NCBI GenBank assembly: GCA_964016885.1
Contig: OZ024750.1
Location: 49,972,001-50,036,000 of the forward strand
Direction of reading: 5' to 3'
DNA length: 64,000 bases
Source of the DNA: Eledone cirrhosa
Taxonomy: Eukaryota
Under the pieces are notes generated by a model that was not told the origin of the DNA, ran no database searches, and saw only the letters and a list, made by a program, of their open reading frames with translations. Numbering within the stretch: the first letter of the stretch is position 1; every line of letters begins with the position of its first letter. The position numbers and the translations under genes are program-made. Below, piece after piece: positions 14,216-26,736 of the stretch.

Positions 14216-14440
14216 TAGCAGTGTATCCCGGTGTTGCACGGGTAAGACCATTGGTAGTAGCACCTCCACTGAGAAACGATTATTTGTGAGTGCCTATTGG
14301 GGAATTTTTGTTGTCTGAATTTTTTTATATTTCTATCTTCTTGTAATAACATTTTTTACACGACCAAAACCCACGCTAGAGTGAACTCTTCCATGGCTAT
14401 CTGCAATTTTACCCGCCCTGTTTTACTTGCCCTAATTGTA
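14215..14440 (-). mobile_element. Helitron 3' terminus fragment
   Basis: Minus strand CCCGTGCAACACCGGG hairpin plus CTAG|T at 14215-14245; inner boundary uncertain. Confidence 0.6.
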
Positions 14441-14444
14441 CCCA

Positions 14445-15160
14445 CATATTACAGTGAAGCTCTTGCTCGGAGTGGATTCGTCGATAATGTAGCATATACA
14501 GAGTACGAGAATAGACCTAGAAGAAATAGATCCCGACGTATTATATGGTATAACCCACGATATAATATGGAGGTGGCCACACCATTATCTATGATCTTTC
14601 TATCCCATATTACGAAGCATTTTCCTCCTACACATAAATATAGTAAATTTTTTAATAGAAATACTATTAAAATTTCTTACTCTACGAGTCCTAACCTTGC
14701 ACATAACATCACAGCTTCAAATTTAGCTAAACTACCTAGCCGTAGGAACACGTACAACCCTGTAGTTAGTACTAACTTTAATTGTAGGAATCGGGTTGAC
14801 TGCCCACTATCCGGGAAATGCCTCTCTAATAACATTGTCTACACATGTAAGGTTAAAACACCCACGTCCCGTAAGGCCTACATAGGGTTAACCGCCAATA
14901 GATTCAAGCAGCGTCTTTACATGCATACCCATTCTTTTCTTAACCCTTTAAGAAGGAATATGACGTCACTTACAGCTTATATCTGGAGTCTAAATGCCAA
15001 CCACACCCAATATAAGTTACACTGGGAGCTCCTAGCTAAGGCTAGATCGTATAACGGAAATAAAAGACCATGTGACCTCTGCGCCACTGAGGCCCTGGAA
15101 ATAATCTACACATAGGACCTCATCTTAAACAAAAAATTACTTATTTGCATAGGTAAGTAT
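14445..15160 (+). pseudogene. Penelope-like (Naiad-type) RT thumb plus GIY-YIG endonuclease fragment
   Basis: IIWYNP, FNRNTIKISYS, NCRNRVDCPLSGKCL, IVY...AYIG, FKQRLYMH, CDLCATE. Confidence 0.88.
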
Positions 15161-15852
15161 TTATTACATGTATGTTTTGTGAAGGTACGTATACTTTCTC
15201 GTACGTATATTTGATTGTATATGTTATGGCATATATTTTATATATTCTGGAACACATGCTTTTGGTTATGTGTATACGTGAGTTTTGCGTCTGTGCGTGT
15301 ATGCGGGTTCGTACGTATGTAGGGTGTGTGTATATGTGTTCTTCGTGTTTTTGTTGACGTACGTCTCCGAACATTTGTGTATTTACATGTAGGTATGTGT
15401 GTGCGCTTGTTATATACGTATTTATTTATTTATATGCGTTTATTTAATTATTTGTATACACGCACACACGCACACACATATTTATATGTGCGTGTATTTG
15501 TATACCTATGGCGAGTGTTTCCGCGTATGCTTGTGTATGTACGTATTTGGATGCGTGTATGTATTTATTCAATTTCAATTACCTCTGTATTTTACTTTAT
15601 TCTTAACTCTGAAGCGGAGAATCATTCGGTTTTCTAGTTAGAATTTTAGACTGCGACTTCAGTTATACGATTTACGTGGTTTTGTGTTTGCGTGAAATTA
15701 TTCTCCACGCTCCACATATGACGTATTTTCTTCGTATTTTCAGTTCATTGCCAGTTCTATGAACCACCTAAGAGTATATTAGTCTACGACTTCTTTTATA
15801 CCATAAACGTAGTTCTGTCTTTGCGTGTAATTGTTTTTCACCGCTCCATATT

Positions 15853-16038
15853 AATTGTTTCTATTTTAGGCACAAGGCCAGCAAATAATCAGTACATTAC
15901 TGGTACTTTTATCGACCCTGTAAGGATGAAAGGCAAAGTTAACCTCGGCGGGATTTGAACTCAGATCATAAAGGGACGTAACTTTATGCTTCAAAGCATG
16001 GTGTCCGGCTCTCTACCGATACTGCCAATTCACCGCTC
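15853..16038 (-). mobile_element. Meta-type SINE
   Basis: Reverse-complement match to the SINE family. Confidence 0.9.
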
Positions 16039-16289
16039 CAAATAATGACGTATTATATTCGTTTTTTCCCGTTCTTTGCCAGCGAACGTTTCCACGAACC
16101 AAAGTATCGTCTTCCTGTCTTCCTCCGGTTGCAAAGTTTTTTGAAATATTCACTTCTGCGTTTACAGATTGACTTTGTCAGTTTCAGAAGATCCCGTTAA
16201 GGGTGAAAGCAGCGACTCTTTGCTTAAACTTTAATCTGTTATTTTAATAAATATATATACATATATATATATGTATGTATATGTGTATA

Positions 16290-16334
<45 letters not shown>

Positions 16335-16379
16335 GTATATATATCTATATATCTATATGTGTGTGTGTGTGTCAATGTG

Positions 16380-17006
16380 GAAAAGATAATACGTCAGCAA
16401 TGACGTGTTGGTCATAATGTCGTTATGCAGAGAGTCAGACATACAGACAGATATTATAAGGGCGCGATACCCGGCGTTGCACGGGATAAGGTATTTTGGA
16501 ACGCGGGCCGCCAACAGACCTAATCGTGGAAAAACTGCATGCCTGGACAATATGTACAGAAATAAACCGAATACACTTATGGCTGGTTAATCTTTAAGAT
16601 TTTCCTCGAAGAAGCAGGATAAATGCAGGTTCACCTAATGTAGATTTTCACCTAGAGGATCAACAAAATTATTTTTTTATGTGTATAATATGCCTTGAAA
16701 TTTTTGAAAATCACCTTGACGTAGCGCCTCAAGAAAGCCCTAAAAAGCTGAAAAAATGAAGTATTTCACCTAATACGGGCCCTCGGCCATAAAAAAATTG
16801 GATTTTCTTTGCTCGCGGTATGGAGAAAGACTGACTAATACATAGTTACAATTTCAAGGAAATCGGTCTGACGTAATGCCTCCAAAAATTCTAAAAATCG
16901 GAGCCTTGGGGATCAAAAAATTTAATTTTTTCTTTGCATAACACTCCCTGAAACATAAGTAATAGACATGTAAAGTTTGAAAAAAAATCGGTTGGGTACG
17001 TCTCGG

Positions 17007-17041
<35 letters not shown>

Positions 17042-17548
17042 TAAAAAACTGAAAAAAAATCAATCTGTGAACGCAGAAGTAAATATTTCGAAAAACGTTG
17101 CAACCGAAGTAAAAGAAGAAGACGATACTTTAGTTCGTGAAGACGTTCCCTGGCAATGAACGGAAAATATAATACGTCATCAATGTTCGTCAGAATGTCG
17201 TAATGCAGAAATCCAGGCATATAGACAGATATTATAAGAGCGCCGAGGTTGACTTTGCCTTTCATCCTTACGTGGTCGATAAAATAAAGTACCAGTAATG
17301 CACTGGGTATTTGCTGGCCTTGTGCCTAAAGTAGAAACAATTATAAGAGCGCTACGGAGATGGATTACCGGCGCCTAACACCCCTTTAACAACAGAAAAT
17401 TTAAAAATAAAAGGTGCAGTTAATATCTTTAGACCGCAAGGAATATATAAATGCAGGTTTGAGTCAATCGGAGTAGAAATGTTGATTTGTATAGACTTTG
17501 CAAAAATGAGGACACACACAGACAACAACAGTTTTATATATATATAGA
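16380..17548 (-). mobile_element. Composite non-autonomous Helitron
   Basis: 5' end A|TCTATATATATATAAAACTG at 17548; 3' hairpin at ~16470-16485; segments match 8105-8660 and 13805-14185. Confidence 0.7.
17243..17342 (+). mobile_element. 5'-truncated Meta-type SINE
   Basis: 3' half of the SINE; 13-bp TSD ATTATAAGAGCGC (17231-17243 / 17340-17352). Confidence 0.9.
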
Positions 17549-17904
17549 TGTCACAGTCAATCTATCTGTCTGTTTCTCACTCTAGCAATTTTATAAAATC
17601 AAAGAATAACAATATACACACACGCACACACACACATCAGCGTGTTGAAAAAATCCGATACGCTTCATCTTTCTCTTTCACTCTCTCTCTCTCTATATAT
17701 ATATATAGTAGAGATATACCGGAAATATTGAAGTGAATCTTTAAATAAGCAATACAATTATTTATATCTAATGAAGAGTTACGAAATTTAGTACAATACA
17801 TTATGTAATATTAATTTATTATTTATTCAAAGTATTCGAACTTATTTCAGAAACGGGATAAATAAGTATATTCCGGACGCAGTACCGCACTCGTTTATTT
17901 ATTA

Positions 17905-18230
17905 TAATTAAGATTGATTGCTGACGCATGTTTCGCTATTGAACATTTCAACGTTCGATCTGTATCGATCTGGAATCAAAAGATATGTGGACCTCTGCTG
18001 TGGTAATGGCATTACCACAACAGAGGTCCGACGAACTTTCGATTCTATAGTCAGACCAAATCAATACGGATCTAACAAGGAGCTGATTAATAGCGAAATA
18101 CGCGTCACCAATCAATATATATTATTATATTTACACACTGTTTAATTCTACACCTCGTTACTGATGTGAATCTAAACATCAAGTGCTCACCTGGGTGAAC
18201 CTACAGTAACCGCCCGTTACACACCCTCGA
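17905..18230. mobile_element. Fold-back PLE-type terminal repeat element with hammerhead motif
   Basis: Diverged inverted arms around a central palindrome (17989-18029); plus arm GGT CCGACGA...GC GAAA TACGC GTC ACC. Confidence 0.6.
18025..18109 (+). ncRNA. Type I hammerhead ribozyme-like motif (U4C core, long stem II)
   Basis: GGT/ACC stem I, CCGACGA, GAAA, GTC triplet; homologous to the canonical motif at 47789-47873. Confidence 0.5.
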
Positions 18231-18256
18231 TATACATATAGATAGATTGATACGCA

Positions 18257-18302
<46 letters not shown>

Positions 18303-18512
18303 TAGTATTAAGGGTACTATTTATGGTTATGTATGCAATAAAACCTTTAATGGTAATATATTATATATACACAAACCCTAAATAGTGAAAGATAGTCATT
18401 AATTACTATCCTATTACCAGTAAGATAAATAGCTCAATGTAATAACATCAGTTGTTTTACAGAGCAGTTATATAGAGATTACAATAATCAAAGTTCAGTT
18501 TAAGTCATTTAT

Positions 18513-18561
18513 TTGCTTACAATTGTTTCTTCCAAACCGAGGCTTGGCTTCTTCGGAGCAA
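18513..18561 (-). ncRNA. Type I hammerhead ribozyme motif in PLE 3' terminal repeat
   Basis: TTGCT CCGAAGA agCCAAGC-ctcg-GTTTGGaa GAAAC AATT GTA AGCAA: stems I and II and palindromic stem III present. Confidence 0.72.
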
Positions 18562-20499
18562 CTATTTACTGATCTATAACATACTTGACCTCCTTTTCAA
18601 CCCAAGAGACACATAAAACATATGCGCATATTGATCAACAGTGGGGTGACATTCATCAAATGATATAGCATGGCAATTTACATATAAAGGTTACAGGATA
18701 AAAATAAAATAAAAACAAGAATGAAAATAAAGATAAACATGAAGCGTTGGCAGTCTATGAAGATAAAGCAAGAGGAAAGTTTAGAGTAGTCAGTGTATGA
18801 AACAGTCTCACGTGTAGCATGCACGCGTGTCTTATTTATACATGATTAGAGTGCGTCAGAATGATATTTGCAGGGTCAGGCAGTTGAAGCAGGCAATCGA
18901 TCTTATTATGTGGGCTGGATTATTAAGTCATTTATTCTCATACATCTGTATGATATACAGTCTCGGATGCAGGGAAACACCAAAATATCAAAAACTTTCC
19001 ACATACTATAAACCTTATTGTATCGTAGGCAAAGCCGTACCACTGTCTTCGCTCACACCACCACTCACATAATCCATGAGACGCAATATATATGGAGAAC
19101 ACTTGTCTATCGTATAATTTGCGGTGGTTCAGCATATAATCAAGCTATAAACCGTATCCAGTCGGTTCTTAATTAATAGATCATGCTGTCCAGATTCCGG
19201 AAGTGTCTGAATGACTAAGGGGAATTAATGCGTAAGGGGAGGTAACTAGCTAGTTATCTTAGTTAAATTATTATCCTAAACTACATTAATGGTGATTCAA
19301 ATACGTGCCTATCTTATGAAGTTATAACTAATTTCTAGAGTATGTTACCCATTTATAGGTTAGAGAGTTGTCCAATAAGAAGTACAAGGGTGTATATATT
19401 AGGATGATTACCATCCATTAAGGGGTGTCATATCTGAACGTTCTATAAGAGGAGTCAGACTCTCAAGTCACTGTTCCATGCAAATGTAATATAACAGTAG
19501 GACCTAGTATGGTCCCACTATTATTATATATGCCACCCGGTAGGCTCCGGGTCATTGCATGTCTGAATCTCCAGTAAATCTTCGGTATGGTCCCGAGATT
19601 CAATTTCTCATATAAAGGCACTAGTCTGGTCATCAAGCAATAGACAACCCCCGTCTCATATATAAATCGATTAAGTATCACATCTACAAGCCAGAGTGGA
19701 GTCTATTAATAGGTACTAAAGGAGTTCACATCAAGATGATTACAATCTGGAGATTAAATCTCTCATACCAGGGCACCTGTCTGGCCACCAAGCAATACAC
19801 AAACCCACGTCCCACATATAGATCAGGTATCCCATCCACAAGCTAGAGTGGAGTCCAGTAACAAGTACTAAAGGAGTTCGTATCATGATGACTACAATCC
19901 AACATGGGGTGCCACACCCGGCCAATCCATAAGAAGAGTCAGACTACATAATTAATTACATGGGTCTCACTATCAGTAATGGTCTTATTATCATACATGA
20001 CTCCCGGCTAGATTCAGGTCGTAGTATGACTGCATCGCCGGTAAGTACACCAGGGTGGTCCGGTGGCCGGTTCTTTCGTCAAAAGGTGCCGGTCAGGTCA
20101 CCAGGCAACACATATGCTCCTAACTCATGCATCTCCCGTGCATAATTCATTGAACTGATCGTTTACAGTATATATTCACATAACAATACGATTATCTATC
20201 TAATCATCAATCTATCTCTTGGTGGGAGTCCATGCACAGGACTATGTTATCGCAACCAGTACCGTGTCCCCAGTTTATACTAATCTTATATTTGTGCAAT
20301 GCAGAATAAGTAGTCCACGGTCGAGATATCAGAATTAGAGGTACAAGGGGGTATTCCCAGGGTAGGTGGTACTAAAATGCTGTCAGTATTATCTTTAGAG
20401 TATAGAAATGGGTGTGGATGTGAGGTGTAAGGTGTGCTACTGATGTTAATTGCTAGGGGTGGTGCCGGTTCCAGTCTGACATTATTATATATAGGGTTT

Positions 20500-22896
20500 A
20501 ATGTTTTGGAACGAGTGTCGGAAGTGGTGTTGGCAAGTTGCGAACACTTCTGATTTTTTATTAAGGAGAATATGTTTAGAGAAGATGATAGTATGGGTCT
20601 CTAGTAGACAGAGGTTACACAATTTATTAGGTGGTTTGTACGATGTTGCACTACCTACCACTTCCCATTTAAGTGTATATATTTTATTTTTAGTTTTTAG
20701 ATGGTGTATGTAGCTAGATAGTGAAGTGGAGTTGGCTAGACTGTATTTTTGAAAGAGTGGAGGTGCGAATTGTATCTAGTTTTGAAGCAGTTAGAAGTGG
20801 AGCCTATATAGGTTTCAGAAGAGCTGTTAGTTGTGACTGTACATGAGTATATGATATCCTTGGTTAAGCATTTTTTATCTAAAGGGCAGGTTCTACTTGA
20901 TCTACAGTTACAATTACTCTGGGTGCTAGTCTGCCGGTTACTATGCTATGTAGAAGTTTGGATGTTAACTATAGGGTTATGGTTATGTGGGTTGTGGTAC
21001 GCAGCGTTAATGTTTACACTTGAGTTATTACTATTATTTCCATTGATATTACGGTTATTTGTTATAATGTTACTTTGACTGTTATTCTGAATGTTATTTT
21101 GAAGGTTTATCGACCGTTGTGATTTAGTTTGTTGGAAGTAAGAATTAATTTGTCTTTTATTTGTACTAGCTATGTGGTATGCTAAGTTAGGCGTAGTAGA
21201 GTATGAGATCTTAATAGTGTTTTTGTTTAAAAGGCCGTGGTACCTGTGGCCGGATAGGAAGTGTTTATCTAGTAGTGAGAAGAAAGCCCTAGGAAGGTTG
21301 GTAGAGACGTTTAAATTGAAAGGAGGGTTGAAAAATGTATTATTTCTTCTTCTATTTCTGTTTTTTATGTCTGGTGATTTGTTTCCTTTAATGTCCCTAT
21401 GGTCATTTCTGTGGTGCGGGTTACTTTTGTTGTTACAATCCCTATTAGTGTGTGTGCAGTTGCTATTCCTATTATTAAATTTTCCCATGGACATGTTGTG
21501 TGAAATGATGTTGTAGCTATGTGTTTGTGTAGGTAGGAACTCTATTCCTGTATTATGGCCTGATCTAGCTAATGCCTGATTATAATACTGCGAGTTATTG
21601 TTAAATGTGTTTATGTCATAGGATAGATTAGAGATTCTATTAGATACTCCCTTAGAGATAGAGTTCAATATAGATTTAGGGTGTGTTAGACTTGGTATCT
21701 ACGTAGATGAGTTGTTCATTAGGTTTGTGGAAAGGTGCATATATCATTGAGTCTAAGTAGAGTGTGGCGTCTAGGAAGTTGACATGTTTGGTGTTTTTGT
21801 CCATGGTAATACTAAGGTTAAAGTTTTTGAATGTTTTGTGCAATAGTTTTCTAGTCCTTTCTATATTGAATTTTTTATAGTCTATAAGTAGAAGTGCATC
21901 GTCGCGATACAAACCACCGCTGAGGTACGGAAGTTCCCTTTGGATTAGGTTAAGTAAGTATAGGCCAACTAAATCACTGACCTGCGCCGAGTCACTAGAC
22001 CCCATAGTAATGTCGAAGTTGTTTTGCGTATCCTTGCGGGTCCATAATTGGTCTTCAAAGGTGATTATTGTTTTACGGGCCGCAAGTATGACTTCAATCT
22101 GGGGTCTAGTCAAGTCACTATTGTCCATGGCCATTATAAGTGCCTTATTTAGTAGGATAGGGGAAATAGAGGTGTAGTAAGAGTTGATATCAAATTGAAT
22201 AAATTTGTTATCCTTGTTATCTATGATATTTTTGAACCATTCAATCACTTCACCCGTATTTCCCCATTGTTTAAGGTAAATCTTGTGTATAATCTGTGGG
22301 TTGATTTTGTCTAGGATTTTTTTACTGATAATGCCAATGTCAGACCTGGAGGGGCAGATTAGTCTAATCGAGGGGTTGCTAATGAAGTCTACCTTATGGT
22401 CCTTCAGAGAGAATCTAGGGTGGTTTGGGGTGTAAGGTTGTGTATGTCTCTGGAGCCCTAGTTTGGATACTATATTATAGCCTTCCATATTAATATCTTC
22501 CAAGTTTTTCATAGTGGTTTTCTTGTAGCTTTTATGTAGTTCATTATATATAAACTTTCTATACGTATTATAATCTAGGCTGTATATGTTATTAGTTTTG
22601 TCGGCATGTACAAAAATGTTACTACTAGTTTTGAAGTCATTAATAGAGGTGCTAAGTTGTTTAAGAAGGTGTTGTTTTTATTATGGTGTTTTTTGTATTT
22701 AATGTTTTTAACTAGTTTAATTAGGTCGTTTTCGAAGTGGTTTAGTAGTGTGTTATGAGGGGGGCTTCTAAATGTTTTAAAGCCGAAGGAGTCAAATTTG
22801 TTGGTGTTATTATCCTTGCCAGATTTGTTTCTATCATAATGGAATGTCCTCCATCTCACTCTATTGATAAAGGAGTTTACACTGTTGATCAACAAC
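20500..22896 (-). pseudogene. PLE reverse transcriptase-GIY-YIG ORF, frameshifted
   Basis: ORF pieces 22575-22919, 21676-22512 and 20946-21668, plus endonuclease coding at 20500-20930. Confidence 0.88.
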
Positions 22897-22944
22897 AGAT
22901 TTACTGGAGATTCAGACATGTAATCTCTCTCTCTATATATATAT

Positions 22945-23800
22945 TATCGCAGTGGACTATTGGATGCGCTTTGTACTGGAGAAACAGCAGGACGCTGACT
23001 TTACTGTAACACTGGTTCAGAGCAGGAGAGTTAAGGCGATAACGATATCAGATGCTGAATTTGCCGACGACATAGTTTTGGTGTCAAACACAGTGAAGGG
23101 GGCAGAGGAGTTGATGCAAGTGGTGGAGACTGGGTTGATGAGTGTGGGGCTGAGAATTAATGAGATTAAGACGACGTAACTGGTAGAGAATATTAAGAAG
23201 CCAGAGAATATTACGAACTTAGGCGGGAATCCGCTAGAATTGGTTGTGGACTTCCTGTATCTGGAAACAAAGATTGGGAATACAGAAGATAATGTTTGAG
23301 AGGAAGAGCAAAGCCTGGACGGCTTGCCCCAATTTGAGGTCGGTGTGGAAGAGAGACCTTTGTAAAGACCTGAAGATCCGTCTCTTCGTTGCTGCAGTGG
23401 AGTCTGTATGTACGGGTCTGAGACTTCGACACTGACCAAGAAACACACTCAGGTGGTGGTTGGTTGCTAGACGAGAATGCTGAGGATGGCTCTGTACATT
23501 AATCAGTATACACTGTGGATGAATAACCCAGAGCTGTACTGGAGCCTACCAAAAGTCAGCTTGAAAGCAACACGGAGGAGATTGAGATTAGCTGGACATG
23601 CTCTCCGACATCCAGAGTTGACACTGTACTCAGTCCCCCTGTGGGAGCCTCTGTACGGACCCACTCGAAAATGGAGACCGAGGTTGACATATGCAGGTGC
23701 CCACCTGGTCATGGAGACGCAAGACATGACAGCAATGATGAGGGACAGAGACCGCTGGAGAGAACTCGTCCATGGATCTCGGGAATTTTACCCGCCCTAG
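22945..23800 (+). mobile_element. RTE-like LINE 3' fragment
   Basis: EFADDIVL, VGLRINEIKT, RRLRLAGHALRHPEL, MRDRDRWR; same 3' end as 42299-42960. Confidence 0.85.
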
Positions 23801-23811
23801 ATATATATATA

Positions 23812-24183
23812 CAATGATATTAAATAAATGGAAACTATATTTATAAAACTATATTTATTTTATTATATATATTTCAAGGGTACCAAAACACTTTGGTACG
23901 CTTTCTTCAGATAAAATACAACTTTTGTTTTATAAATAGAGACATACTCAGGAAATCATAGCTGATCAGTTGGATATACTCTATCCAGAGAATATCCAAC
24001 TGTATTTTATCTGAAGAAAGCGTACCAAAGTATTTTGAAATAAATATGGTTTTATAAATATAGTTTCCATTTATTTAATATCTTTGAATATTTACTCCAG
24101 GAAAACGTTGTGTGCTCTGAATCATTTATAAACATTTATATTTATATTTGTCGGATTTCCAACAAATTAAAAACCTCCTTCTA

Positions 24184-24187
<4 letters not shown>
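23812..24187. mobile_element. Fold-back PLE-type element in (TA)n
   Basis: Inverted arms 23812-23920 / 24001-24086, then ~100-nt tail; hammerhead in the arms. Confidence 0.75.
23856..23918 (-). ncRNA. Type I hammerhead ribozyme
   Basis: TATTTTAT CTGAAGA AAGcGTACCAAA-gtgt-TTTGGTACcCTT GAAA TATAT ATA ATAAAATA: canonical core, 8-bp stem I. Confidence 0.82.
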
Positions 24188-24245
<58 letters not shown>

Positions 24246-24439
24246 GATAAATCTACCAAAAGTTTACGGTAGTGTCCAATCCGTATGAAGAACTCAATGT
24301 AATCCGGATATCATGAAAAGAAGAGATGCATTCAAAAATCACTTCCAGTGAAAGATAAACGGAAAACAGAGTCAAGATAAATTATTAAAAAAATAATGAA
24401 TAAACAAAGAAACAGTTCCTTATATTAAACAAAAAAAGT

Positions 24440-24580
24440 TCATTATTTTACGATCGTTTCTAGGACATATATGTGTTAGAATTGGTATGCATATTCAAAA
24501 GATCTATGTACAAAATTATACAAACTATCAGAGGGAATATACATACCTTCACATATATATGCTGTCTTCAGAAATAATGA
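24440..24580 (-). ncRNA. Type I hammerhead ribozyme with extended stem II
   Basis: Reverse complement of 27450-27590. Confidence 0.72.
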
Positions 24581-25009
24581 TGCTTGTTTATTGATAATAA
24601 CAACAATTCAATATAATAGGGCTGTTTGGGAACAGATTTTGAATAGACCAATGAAATAAAGATTGAGATACATAAAAATCTATCAAGAAAATACAGCTAG
24701 GTGTGTATATATGTATGTAAATACGCTCACAGATGTGCATAAATGTGTATGCTCATATGTATACGTATAGTGAAAAAGTGTATGTAAATATAAAATTTAG
24801 AGCTAATGTATCTGTATGTCTGTAATCAACAAACGGAATAGATACATCATAAGTATATGAATATTGAGGCACTCACATAAACACGCCCACACACACTTAC
24901 ATTTAGATGCGGAAGTAAAAGAGGTAAGGGAGTATACTAATTAAAGGAAAGTGTCAATCTCGACATACTTATAAAAATGTATCAATAAATTAGAAATAAA
25001 ATTTTATTT

Positions 25010-25650
25010 TAATATTATAAACCTAATTAATATACAATTTAGAAATTAATATATAAATTAATTTTAATTTAGTTAACCTATAATTTTAATTTAGTTAACT
25101 TATAATTAAAATTCTAATACAGATGAAATGCAAAATATCGTGTAATCATAAACTGAGAAAAACTTTTAAATATATACCTAATTAGTATACACTTTAGAAA
25201 TTAATATATAGATTAATTTTAATTTAGTTAACCTATAATTAAAATTCTACTATAGATAAAATACAAAATTCTGCTTTAAATATTATAAACCTAATTAATA
25301 TATCATTTTTAATTTAGTTAACCTATAATTAATAATCTACTACCGATGAACTACTTAATTTGGCTTTCCCTCTTACAAAATTCATTTCCTAAAATTGATA
25401 CCATCAAGTAAATATATGTAATTATTTTTAATTTAGTTAAGCTATAATTAATACTCTACTACTGTTTAACTTCAAAATTCCGCTTTAAATATTATAAACC
25501 TAATTAGTATACACCTTAGAAATTAATATATTAACTATTTTTATTTTAGTTAATCTATAATTAATATTCTACTTATATTAAAATACATAATTTGGCTTTC
25601 CTTCTTACAAATACCATTTCCTAAAACTGATACCACTAAGTAAACACATA
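25010..25650. repeat. AT-rich degenerate tandem repeats
   Basis: TTAATTTTAATTTAGTTAACCTATAATTAA and TAAACCTAATTAATATA recur several times. Confidence 0.7.
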
Positions 25651-25836
25651 TAAAGCTTTAACTGCAGGTTAGTATTCTATGTTCCTTGAAACCTATATAT
25701 TTACTATTTCCCACTAATAAATTTAATCCCCACCCCCCTATAATTATATGTATATGTAAGCGTGGATGTGAGTATGTATATGTAAGTGTGTATGTATGTA
25801 TGTGTGTTTGTATGTGAGTATAAAAATACATATGTA

Positions 25837-25879
<43 letters not shown>

Positions 25880-25881
<2 letters not shown>

Positions 25882-26490
25882 TGGCTGCCAACTCGTTTTC
25901 GAGTACGGCCACTACTTTATATCCATGTAGGAGAACCCCTACCGAAGCGCTGAACGAGTGTGACTTTTTAGTCCAGCCAGCGACTTGAAAACTCTGGTAC
26001 AAACACTACACTTGTGACAATTATTGACACATAGTGCTGGGGCCATGGTACCATGTGAGGACAAGTGCAGAGAGATCTCCAGATATAAAGCAATGCCTGT
26101 GCCGTGAAGCTTTTATAGTGAGCAAAGGCACTGCACAAAGCCAGTCCCACTCTCTTAACCAAGATGATATTTACCAAAAAGAAGAACAAGTCAACATCAT
26201 TGGATACCATCAGGGTTGCAGGTGTTATATCAGAGTTTTCCTTCTCCTAGAATTCTGCCTTGACAAAGGCTAAGGGGTCATCTCTCCCGGTGATTCTGGA
26301 TGGCCATTGACTCTTAAGAGCTCCTTTGCCCTTTGACAGGTTTTGTTTTTAGTCCTGCAGGATGTCCAAAATCACCCTCCTCACCAAGAAACCTTGGTGG
26401 GGTTGCCAGTTTAGTCGCCAACGACCCGACCATGAGACAGGTTGTACTGGGATACATGTTACCAGTAGCACCAACTGGTGACCTGACATA
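25880..26490 (-). mobile_element. Internally deleted RTE derivative (5' UTR-like part joined to 3' end)
   Basis: CTAGGAGAAGGAAAACTCTGA, typical of RTE/BovB 5' UTRs, lies within ~400 nt of C2H2 coding and the RTE 3' terminus. Confidence 0.6.
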
Positions 26491-26518
26491 ATATATATAT
26501 ATATATATATATATACCT

Positions 26519-26559
<41 letters not shown>

Positions 26560-26683
26560 GTAGAGATGTGTATATGTATGTGTATATATGTGTATATGTG
26601 TCTGACTGTGTATATATGTGTGTGTATGTCTATATACATGTATGTTTGAGTGTGTGTGTGTGTGTGGTTGTATATATACATGG

Positions 26684-26736
<53 letters not shown>

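Larger units (their letters stand above)
18302..22924 (-). mobile_element. Penelope-like element (Naiad-type), nearly complete ORF plus ~2.2-kb 3' UTR ending in (TA)n
   Basis: RT motifs QFDINSYY, ITMGSSDSAQVSDLVGLY, GLYRDDAL, VNFLD; GIY-YIG and Cys motifs at 20500-20930; hammerhead near the 3' end. Confidence 0.92.

Noticed and set aside
16180-16225. CAGAAGA TCCC-GTTAA-GGGT GAAA hammerhead-like motif (also 13755-13795, minus)
   Set aside because: Altered core and no consistent stem I or stem III pairing in the two copies.
23812-24187. Reading the fold-backs as MITEs (DNA transposons)
   Set aside because: Arms are asymmetric with a one-sided tail, contain ribozyme motifs, vary in inner breakpoints, and one retains a PLE ORF end.
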